9,456 bases of DNA, taken from the NCBI GenBank assembly GCA_037926845.1, contig JAXSPD010000059.1:1-9456 (forward strand). The letters run 5' to 3'. The notes below the pieces were generated by a model. That model was not told where the DNA came from. It did no database searches and saw nothing but the letters and a program-made list of their open reading frames with translations. A program made the translations under genes and the position numbers. Position 1 is the first letter of the stretch. The number at the start of each line of letters is the position of its first letter. Of this stretch, positions 1 to 5,896 are shown piece by piece. This stretch comes from Candidatus Pampinifervens yunnanense. GTDB taxonomy: Bacteria; Aquificota; Aquificia; Aquificales; Aquificaceae.

Positions 1-324
1 GTCAGAAGCCACGGTTACATTTCCTATGTTAAAGCTCTCGCAGAACCTCTTTTCCGCAAAGGGAAGGTCCATGGATACTACTGTGACATCTACGCCTTTT
101 AAACCCGCCAGCATTTCGTTAAACTTTTTGGTCTCTGTTTCACAAACAGGTGTATCAAGGGATGGCACCGTTATTATCACCTGAACTACTCCCTTTGCAC
201 CGCCTATGGCTTTTTCCTGAAGGTCTTTTGTAACAACTACAGCCTCTGGAGCTCTATCACCTACAGAGAGTGCTGGTCCCGACAAGGCAACAGGATTTCC
301 CTTTAATGTAACCGTTTGAGCCAT
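1..324 (-). CDS. tpx: Thiol peroxidase Tpx (atypical 2-Cys peroxiredoxin), N-terminal 108 codons; gene runs off the left edge
   Basis: Partial, so absent from the ORF track. Minus-strand ATG at 324-322, with AAGGAGG (complement of 332-338) 7 nt upstream. Translation is MAQTVTLKGNPVALSGPALSVGDRAPEAVVVTKDL...VPSLDTPVCETETKKFN...SMDLPFAEKRFCESF. By eye it aligns with E. coli Tpx (MSQTVHFQGNPV, SIDTGVCAASVRKFN, DLPFAQSRFC), including both catalytic Cys contexts. Confidence 0.9.
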   Translation of the reverse strand, partial: MAQTVTLKGNPVALSGPALSVGDRAPEAVVVTKDLQEKAIGGAKGVVQVIITVPSLDTPVCETETKKFNEMLAGLKGVDVTVVSMDLPFAEKRFCESFNIGNVTVASD

Positions 325-344
325 GTTAAAACCTCCTTTTTAAG

Positions 345-373
345 TTTATATGGAATTTTAAAAGAATTTGCAA
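345..373 (-). promoter_or_regulatory. Candidate sigma70-type promoter for tpx
   Basis: Minus strand: TTGCAA (373-368), 17 nt spacer, TATAAA (350-345), directly upstream of the tpx RBS, which leaves a very short leader. Hexamer match only. Confidence 0.3.
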
Positions 374-592
374 GAAGACTGCAAGATGATACACATCAGC
401 ATGGATTATAAACTATAATACTTGTCAAGGGTTTTCGTCAATCCCCCCCATTTTCCTATACTTTATTTTGTTTTGTTTCTCTCTTCTCTTTTCTGGCTCT
501 GCTATATTATTACTGTGGATATAATTTGCTATACGCTTACACCTGATGATATTGACCAGTTGGCTGAGTATAAAAAGCTTCCTGCCTCTCGT

Positions 593-1423
593 ATGGCTCG
601 CTTGGAGGACTTCCATATCTATGGTAGGCTGTACCCCGCTTGGTATCTTGCTTCTCTTTCTTCTCTTCCCGTTGTTTCTGGCTATCGTGTAAGCACTCCA
701 AAAATGAGATATTTCAGAAGGTCATATTATGCTTGGCTTCGTTATATTTCTATACCTAAGAGAAACTGGCTTTTTTTGACGCTCACCGTTTCAAGGGATT
801 ATGACTTTTTTACCGCTTGGGTCCATATAGGCTCTTGGGTGTCCGCTTTTCTAAACAGAATGAGAAATTACTTTAAAAAGCAGGGCATAAAGATAAGCTA
901 CTTTTGGGTGATTGAAGTTCATGAGGATGGATATCCACATGTACATATTTTAATTTCTTTTCCTTTTGTCAAGCTAAGTCAGGTTTACGCTTGGTGGAAA
1001 GATGAAAAGGGTAAAAACATATCAGCTTTTCAGGGTTTGGATATTGAGTTTATAGGCAAGAATGTTGAAAAAGTAAAGGCATACTTACTAAAGTACATGG
1101 TAAAGTCTCATAGTAAATACTGGTCTTTTGGTGTTAAGGGTGATGTGCGTTCTTTCTTGAGTGGTAAGGGTTCTATAGCTGTTTTAGTGAGGTGGTCTAC
1201 TCTCGTTATGTGGTTCTACCGTATAAGGCTTTTTGGCATGTCAAGGGACTTTCTCAAACCTTCCCATGATTCTTCTCCTTCTTTTTTTTTAGGCTTTATC
1301 CCTCTCACTGTTCTTTATTCGCTCAGATATGAGCCTTATCTTATAAAGTTCTCTGAGTTTCTCCGGGGGCTCTACTACACTGAGACATTAGATTTAGACA
1401 CTTATCTGCCCGTATTTAGGTAG
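593..1423 (+). CDS. Rolling-circle replication initiator, HUH endonuclease superfamily (phage gpII/gpA-like Rep)
   Basis: All three RCR motifs are present in order: motif I LFLTLTV (FLTLT at 773-787), motif II HUH YPHVHILISF (HVHIL at 938-952), and motif III with two Tyr, KAYLLKYMVKS (from 1082). The frame is open from 422, but the first ATG is at 593. No good RBS precedes any candidate start (TTG 422, GTG 515, TTG 560, ATG 593), so the start is uncertain while the stop is firm. Confidence 0.8.
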   Translation: MARLEDFHIYGRLYPAWYLASLSSLPVVSGYRVSTPKMRYFRRSYYAWLRYISIPKRNWLFLTLTVSRDYDFFTAWVHIGSWVSAFLNRMRNYFKKQGIKISYFWVIEVHEDGYPHVHILISFPFVKLSQVYAWWKDEKGKNISAFQGLDIEFIGKNVEKVKAYLLKYMVKSHSKYWSFGVKGDVRSFLSGKGSIAVLVRWSTLVMWFYRIRLFGMSRDFLKPSHDSSPSFFLGFIPLTVLYSLRYEPYLIKFSEFLRGLYYTETLDLDTYLPVFR

Positions 1424-1494
1424 TTTTAAACTTCAAATAGTGTAAACTTTGCGGAAAGTGAAGCTATATGAAAACTTTATTCTGGCTACCTTGT

Positions 1495-1523
1495 TTGACA
1501 TTTCTTATTTTCTCTCTTATGTT
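1495..1523 (+). promoter_or_regulatory. Candidate sigma70-type promoter for the ssDNA-binding/structural operon
   Basis: TTGACA (1495-1500), 17 nt spacer, TATGTT (1518-1523), located in the 124-nt gap between the Rep stop and the next RBS (AGGAGG 1535-1540). Confidence 0.45.
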
Positions 1524-1547
1524 GTTTGTCAGTCAGGAGGTAATAAT

Positions 1548-1850
1548 ATGGCTAACAATGGGATGGGTTCACCTCTAAAGTTGAAGGTTATGCTCGTGGA
1601 AAAGCGTAGAATATGGGAGAAAAATGGTAGGCAGGGTGCTATATACCAGCTTTATGGTCAGCTTGTCAATGAGCAGCCTAATTTCCCCCTTTATCTTGTA
1701 GTGACTGCCCCTGTTACATATCCCATTTCCCCGGGTGCTGTGATTGATGTTCCCATTTCTGGACTGACTGTCTCTCTCGGAGATCCTCTCTCTTCTGGCA
1801 TGTTTGAGGAGTTTCCTCTTCCTGCTTCAGTTCCTGAGGGTAAAAAGTGA
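1548..1850 (+). CDS. Candidate ssDNA-binding protein (gpV-like), 100 aa
   Basis: ATG 1548 is preceded by CAGGAGG. The track's earlier start at 1449 has no RBS and overlaps the promoter. Supporting points are position directly after Rep, size of about 100 aa, and a beta-rich pattern (LKLKVMLVEKRRIWEKNGRQGAIYQLYGQLVNEQPNFPLYLVVTAPVTYPISPGAVIDV). That pattern resembles Ff gpV (RQGKPYSLNEQLCYVDLGNEYPVLVKITLDEGQPAYAPGLYTV) in layout only. Confidence 0.55.
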   Translation: MANNGMGSPLKLKVMLVEKRRIWEKNGRQGAIYQLYGQLVNEQPNFPLYLVVTAPVTYPISPGAVIDVPISGLTVSLGDPLSSGMFEEFPLPASVPEGKK

Positions 1851-1990
1851 TGACAGGTATGGATGCTATTATTGCTGAGGTGGTATCTGCCTATACTGCG
1901 GCTTTTGTTGGCTCGGTTCCTTTTTTCACTGGTGCTTTCTTTCTCATATGGGCTCTGACTTTGCCTATATGGATACTAAAGAGGTTATGA
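1850..1990 (+). CDS. Small single-pass membrane protein, 46 aa (minor or major coat-type; pVII/pIX/pVIII-like)
   Basis: Not in the ORF track (below its size cutoff). Translation is MTGMDAIIAEVVSAYTAAFVGSVPFFTGAFFLIWALTLPIWILKRL: an acidic N-terminus, a hydrophobic core and a basic KR C-terminus. Its ATG shares one nucleotide with the upstream TGA. GAGGG lies 9 nt upstream. The next gene starts 1 nt after its stop. Confidence 0.5.
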   Translation: MTGMDAIIAEVVSAYTAAFVGSVPFFTGAFFLIWALTLPIWILKRL

Positions 1991-1991
1991 C

Positions 1992-2294
1992 ATGGGTATG
2001 AGCAAGAAAAAGCTAAAGTTCCTTTATGATAGGTCTTTGCTCTCTTTCATGGAGCTTTTTATGGATGATAGTGCGTTGGTTAAAAAGGTGGTTCTGGCTG
2101 TGATAGATGAGATTGAGCCTATACCTCCACTTGACTGGAAAAAGGGCAAAGATGATGCTGTATATTGGCATAGTGCTTATCAGATGGTTTATAAGTTCTT
2201 GCTAAATAAATACGCTCTTGAAAAAGCTAACCAGTTAACTAATGAGCTAACCAGTCATGACACCTTCCCCCAAAAATCTTTTAAAGGAGGTTAG
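1992..2294 (+). CDS. Hypothetical soluble protein, 100 aa
   Basis: ATG 1992 has AGAGG 7 nt upstream and is tightly packed between the two coat-type ORFs. No TM segment and no motif I recognise. Confidence 0.5.
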   Translation: MGMSKKKLKFLYDRSLLSFMELFMDDSALVKKVVLAVIDEIEPIPPLDWKKGKDDAVYWHSAYQMVYKFLLNKYALEKANQLTNELTSHDTFPQKSFKGG

Positions 2295-2296
2295 CT

Positions 2297-2434
2297 ATGG
2301 ATATACTAAATCAGGCTCAGCAAGCTGTTGCTCAGTTGACAGGTGGTATAGAGTCTCTACTTTCTGCTGTTGCTTCCATTCTCATATTCTTCTTGGTTTA
2401 CAAGGTGGTTAAGAAGGCTCTTAGCCGTGCGTAA
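2297..2434 (+). CDS. Candidate major coat protein (pVIII-like, leaderless Pf3-type), 45 aa
   Basis: Not in the ORF track. A strong RBS AAAGGAGG (2283-2290) lies 6 nt upstream of the ATG. Translation is MDILNQAQQAVAQLTGGIESLLSAVASILIFFLVYKVVKKALSRA. It has an amphipathic polar N-terminus, a hydrophobic helix of about 18 aa, and a basic C-terminus (KVVKKALSR) suited to DNA contact. This is the classic inovirus major-capsid architecture. Confidence 0.6.
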   Translation: MDILNQAQQAVAQLTGGIESLLSAVASILIFFLVYKVVKKALSRA

Positions 2435-2918
2435 GTCTCCCCCTTATCTCCACCCCCTCGCCCCTCTTTTTATGCTGTTCTTGCTGGTAGGGTTCTCCCT
2501 GCCGGCGCTTGCTTGTATTCCTGTTCATACTCATGATCAGAATGGTAATAATCTTGGTGATAAGTGTCTTTGCATTGGTGAATTTGTATATTTTATGCCT
2601 TATGAAAACTGCCAGCCTTATGTGGACCAGTTTGTTTACGATTGTCTTTTAGATGGTTCTACATACTCCTGTTCATATATAGGTACTCCTGATTTAGCTG
2701 ACCAGTATGGTTTTCCTCCTGCTCTTCAATATGACTGCTCTTCTTTTCCCTGTAAGTCTGTCTCTTCTTCTTCCAGCTCTTCTGGCTTTGATTGTCAAAA
2801 GATCAGAGATCTTATTGATACTGTCAAGGCTGTAGATACTGCCTTTGTTCGTTATGTTTCAGCTTCTGCCTTCGTTATTGGTCTCTTCTCTGCATCTTTT
2901 GCTGTTTTGAGGGTCTAA
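2427..2918 (+). CDS. Secreted Cys-rich protein with Ser-rich linker and C-terminal membrane anchor (minor coat/adsorption-type)
   Basis: GTG 2427 (AAGAAGG 9 nt upstream) would give a signal peptide with a basic n-region: (M)RKSPPYLHPLAPLFMLFLLVGFSLPALA/C. The alternative start is ATG 2472. The mature part has 9 Cys, a SSSSSSSSG linker and a C-terminal TM (ASAFVIGLFSASFAVL). The track's start at 2370 overlaps the coat gene. Confidence 0.6.
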   Translation: MRKSPPYLHPLAPLFMLFLLVGFSLPALACIPVHTHDQNGNNLGDKCLCIGEFVYFMPYENCQPYVDQFVYDCLLDGSTYSCSYIGTPDLADQYGFPPALQYDCSSFPCKSVSSSSSSSGFDCQKIRDLIDTVKAVDTAFVRYVSASAFVIGLFSASFAVLRV

Positions 2919-2919
2919 A

Positions 2920-3132
2920 ATGTGGGGTGTACTTCTTTTGCTTCTTGTTTCTCTCTCTTTTGCTCAAAGTCAGTGTGAGTGCACTCAGTATGTGGCTGCA
3001 CTTCAGGAGCTAAATATGACTCTGACGGATTTAAAGCTTCACTTTCTGGCCGGTGTGGTGGGTCTTGCCTCTGTTCTTGGCTCTCTGGCTGCTGTAATAA
3101 CCAGCTCAGCCCTGAGGTCCAAAAATGATTAG
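2920..3132 (+). CDS. Small secreted/anchored protein, 70 aa (minor virion protein candidate)
   Basis: GAGGG lies about 7 nt upstream, and the start is 1 nt after the previous stop. It has a signal peptide MWGVLLLLLVSLSFA/QS, a CEC pair and a C-terminal TM (AGVVGLASVLGSLAAVI). Confidence 0.6.
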   Translation: MWGVLLLLLVSLSFAQSQCECTQYVAALQELNMTLTDLKLHFLAGVVGLASVLGSLAAVITSSALRSKND

Positions 3133-3538
3133 CATTTTGTTGGTGCTTTTGCTTCTGTTTGGCTTCGGCTATTCTGCTCCTCAGTGTTCTTTTCAAACTG
3201 TCAATAATCGTCAGGTTTGTGTCTGCACTGATAGAGGCTCTTTCCAAATAGTTGATGATGTATATTGTTCTTCTGATTGCGGGTGTTCTTTCTCTCAGGC
3301 TTGGAATGACTTTACTAATGCAGTCAAGCAAACCCCCATTTTTAACTTCCTCAGTGGTTTCTCTCTGAATGTTTCTGGCACTCCCCCGCCCCCCATTCCT
3401 GTGCATCTCCCTCCCTTTGTGGATACTACCATAGATATCGCCTCGCATCCTTTGATGCTTTTGCTCCTTCAGACGCTCAAAGTAGCTTGGACACTCTTTG
3501 GCACTATACTTGCATATTTCATTATTTTTAGAAGGTGA
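3125..3538 (+). CDS. Secreted Cys-rich protein with C-terminal anchor, 137 aa
   Basis: GAGGT lies 7 nt upstream, and the gene overlaps the previous one by 8 nt. It has a signal peptide MISILLVLLLLFGFGYS/A, 6 Cys in CxC/CxxxC-type clusters, a PPPPIP stretch and a C-terminal TM (WTLFGTILAYFIIF) followed by RR. Confidence 0.6.
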   Translation: MISILLVLLLLFGFGYSAPQCSFQTVNNRQVCVCTDRGSFQIVDDVYCSSDCGCSFSQAWNDFTNAVKQTPIFNFLSGFSLNVSGTPPPPIPVHLPPFVDTTIDIASHPLMLLLLQTLKVAWTLFGTILAYFIIFRR

Positions 3539-3542
3539 AAAG

Positions 3543-5672
3543 ATGAGGCTGACTCTGCCTCTTCTCTTTCTCCTTTTTCTTTTCTCCTTCTCCTTTGCTC
3601 AGGAAACTGTCAGGATCAAGCTTGGCATGCGCATTCCGGATATGCCTACTACTTCCAATGCAGATGCTATATTTTTTCTCCAGTCTCTTCTTCAAAGCTC
3701 TCAGCAGTACGATGCTACGTTGAAAATTCTTGAGGATATGTGGTCTCGTTCCCCGGATATAGATCAAACTGCGCTTGGTGATTTGAGGATGAAGAGACAA
3801 GCTCTTGAGAATGCTATAGAATCTTTTCGTTCTGCTGAGGAAAAGTATGTTTCCTTTCTTCTTGGTGGATCTCTAGCTGTATCTACTACTGCTGTTGCAT
3901 ATGACACTCAGTTTGCCATCAGACAGCTCATGCTTGCAACAGCTGAAACTATAGAAAGTCTTCGCTCTTTCCTTCCTAATCTGTCTGAGTATTTCCCGGA
4001 TCATTCCTCCATTCTTAAGAAGTTTCTAAATCTTCAAGTACTGAATGACACAATCGCTTTCAATACACTGGCTTCTCGTTTGCTTTCCTCCCTTTCCGAT
4101 CTTTCCAAGCTTGGCTTCTACTTTTTTACATCGCCTCTTTTGGATTTTGGTTATGTAAACCTTGTAGAGGAGGATATGCTTCGCTTGCACCGCATGATGG
4201 ATATCTATGTGGAAAACATACAGGGTATTCTTGAGCTGGATATTCCCGGTCTCGTACGCTTTCCTCTCTCTCCTGCTGTGTTTGATTTCCCTTTCTCGAA
4301 TCTGTCTATTTGTCAGTTCGGTAGCTCTAGGTGCTACTATGTTTCTGGGGATTGTCTTTTTGACTCTTTGGGAAATTTAGTGTACGGGTATATGTATATA
4401 GGTAGACAAGAGCCATATCCATATTTGAGGAGTCAGTACCTACAATCACAAGGTTTGCCCGTCAAATTCCCAAATGTGGATATTTCCGTAAACCTTGGTC
4501 CCGGCTGTCAAATCTGCGACGTTTCTGGTGGTGGCTCTATTGCCTGTCGTCCGTGCGATACTAGTGATCTTTGGTATGGTTTACGCAATTCTCTCCCGTT
4601 TGTTTTGCTAGATTGGAAGCTCAAAGTCCTAAAGCATGTTTTGGCTATGGTGTACTGTCTGAATCCGGAGGCGGATCCCTACTACGCTGAGGTTGCTGGT
4701 CCTCCCCCTACGACTTGTGATTGTGTGGGTAGTACAGGACTAAATCAGTATGGTGTGATATACCCCAGTGTTGATTGTTCGTGGTGTGGTGTTAACTGTC
4801 CTGTTTGCGAGTTTAAGAAAAATCTAACCTACAGGACAGCCATGGAATATACTGCTACTCTGTCCTCTGGTGTGTACTATACTTGCAGCCTTTCTGAGCA
4901 GCCTTCTGACTTCTGGATCTCTCCTTGCAAGGTGGGTACAGATGGGTATTTTAAAGCTGGTATTGACTGTAAACTGCAGGGTGTATACACACCTCGGGAG
5001 GCTGGCACAATAGCTCTTCCTCTCCCGGATTTTCGTCTTTCAAAGAAAAACTGTGCTGGTATTGCCAGCTGGGAGTACAAGCGTGTGGTGCCTCCGTTTG
5101 ACCCATATGTATACCCTGAGCCGGATCCGCTGCCTCCCCCTGACCAGCTGAGTGACGAGGATAAAAAACTTGTTAATGATATTAATGCTCTGAATAGGTT
5201 TGCATATGAGCTCCAAAAAGAGCTCCTGAGGTATCCATATGTGATTTCTATCCCATACATTGATCTTGCCGTTTCTAGTTTTCCTGATACTGCTATTAGC
5301 TCTACTACTTTGCTTTCTCCTGATATTGTGATTTCGCCTGATATTGCATTTTCTCCATTCTTTGTACCTCTTCTGAACGGTGATATTCAGGTGGTTTTTG
5401 ATACTACTACTCTTGTACCTTACATAAACTGGCTTCTTTCTGAAGAGGCTCGGGCTGCTACAGGTTTGATAGATGCTGTGATTCCATATCTCCCAGATAC
5501 TACGGATGAGTGCAAGGCTCAGGAGGGTATGATGTATGCTAATTTTGATGACCTCAAAGATGTTCTTGTAGGTTCCTATAAAGGTATTGCTATAGTCTTT
5601 GGCTTCACTTCTGCTATTTTTGCCTCCGCTTCTATACTTCGTGTATTTTTATACCTTAGAAGGAGGTTCTAA
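3543..5672 (+). CDS. Large secreted, Cys-rich, C-terminally anchored protein, 709 aa (pIII-like adsorption/receptor-binding candidate)
   Basis: ATG 3543 follows GAAGGTGA; the track's 3498 start lacks an RBS. It has a signal peptide MRLTLPLLFLLFLFSFSFA/QE, a helical N-terminal region and a central domain dense in Cys (CQICD, CRPCD, CDCVG, CSWCGVNCPVCE). A Pro-rich linker (YPEPDPLPPPDQ) follows, then a C-terminal TM and basic tail (GIAIVFGFTSAIFASASILRVFLYLRRRF). Domain layout and position upstream of the pVI/pI-like genes match Ff gIII. Confidence 0.65.
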   Translation: MRLTLPLLFLLFLFSFSFAQETVRIKLGMRIPDMPTTSNADAIFFLQSLLQSSQQYDATLKILEDMWSRSPDIDQTALGDLRMKRQALENAIESFRSAEEKYVSFLLGGSLAVSTTAVAYDTQFAIRQLMLATAETIESLRSFLPNLSEYFPDHSSILKKFLNLQVLNDTIAFNTLASRLLSSLSDLSKLGFYFFTSPLLDFGYVNLVEEDMLRLHRMMDIYVENIQGILELDIPGLVRFPLSPAVFDFPFSNLSICQFGSSRCYYVSGDCLFDSLGNLVYGYMYIGRQEPYPYLRSQYLQSQGLPVKFPNVDISVNLGPGCQICDVSGGGSIACRPCDTSDLWYGLRNSLPFVLLDWKLKVLKHVLAMVYCLNPEADPYYAEVAGPPPTTCDCVGSTGLNQYGVIYPSVDCSWCGVNCPVCEFKKNLTYRTAMEYTATLSSGVYYTCSLSEQPSDFWISPCKVGTDGYFKAGIDCKLQGVYTPREAGTIALPLPDFRLSKKNCAGIASWEYKRVVPPFDPYVYPEPDPLPPPDQLSDEDKKLVNDINALNRFAYELQKELLRYPYVISIPYIDLAVSSFPDTAISSTTLLSPDIVISPDIAFSPFFVPLLNGDIQVVFDTTTLVPYINWLLSEEARAATGLIDAVIPYLPDTTDECKAQEGMMYANFDDLKDVLVGSYKGIAIVFGFTSAIFASASILRVFLYLRRRF

Positions 5673-5674
5673 GC

Positions 5675-5896
5675 ATGTGTGCCGTTTACTGTGCGCTTGT
5701 CAAGTTTATGTCTGCTATTTTCTCCCTTGTTGTGGGTGCCCTAAGTCTTATATCCATTCCTATAGCTCCTCTTAATTCTGTGTTTGTGGATAACTGGTTT
5801 CTGGCTAACTCTGGCATTCCTCAGGCTATAGGTATCATCGGCTCTGCTCTGATGGTCCGTCTTTCTCTTTCTCTTATACCCTTCTTTAGGCTATGA
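5675..5896 (+). CDS. Small hydrophobic two-TM protein, 73 aa (pVI/Ace-like position)
   Basis: A strong RBS AAGGAGG lies 8 nt upstream of the ATG. There are two hydrophobic segments. Its stop overlaps the ATPase start in ATGA (5893-5896), as expected for translational coupling to the assembly ATPase. Confidence 0.6.
   Translation: MCAVYCALVKFMSAIFSLVVGALSLISIPIAPLNSVFVDNWFLANSGIPQAIGIIGSALMVRLSLSLIPFFRL

Noticed and set aside
329-340. 12-nt identity CCTCCTTTTTAA at 332-343 and 9065-9076 as possible att direct repeats
   Set aside because: Both copies are the complement of TTAAAAAGGAGG ribosome-binding regions of minus-strand genes (tpx and the recombinase). The shared sequence is explained by RBS context rather than recombination.
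425-616. 63-aa minus-strand ORF
   Set aside because: It is antisense to the Rep upstream region and start. It has no RBS and no recognisable features.
1449-1547. N-terminal extensions proposed by the ORF track (1449 for the ssDNA-binding gene; likewise 3498 for the 709-aa gene, 2370 for the Cys-rich gene and 7882 for the HU/IHF-like gene)
   Set aside because: Each extension lacks an RBS and overlaps a promoter or the preceding gene. In every case a downstream start has a strong Shine-Dalgarno sequence and yields a sensible N-terminus (signal peptide or conserved helix).
1468-1578. 36-aa hydrophobic ORF (MKTLFWLPCLTFLIF...)
   Set aside because: It overlaps the candidate promoter and the RBS and start of the next gene. 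It has only a weak SD, and its T-rich translation is plausibly non-coding.
2915-3448. 177-aa minus-strand ORF
   Set aside because: It is antisense to three tightly coupled signal-peptide genes and has no RBS. Its R/E/Q-rich low-complexity translation is typical of the complement of T-rich coding DNA.
3528-3800. 90-aa minus-strand ORF
   Set aside because: It is antisense to the 5' end of the 709-aa gene, has no RBS, and its translation is low-complexity K/E/R sequence.
4877-5260. 127-aa minus-strand ORF
   Set aside because: It is antisense within the 709-aa gene. Its Ser/Gly runs mirror the Pro-rich linker on the plus strand, and it has no start signals.
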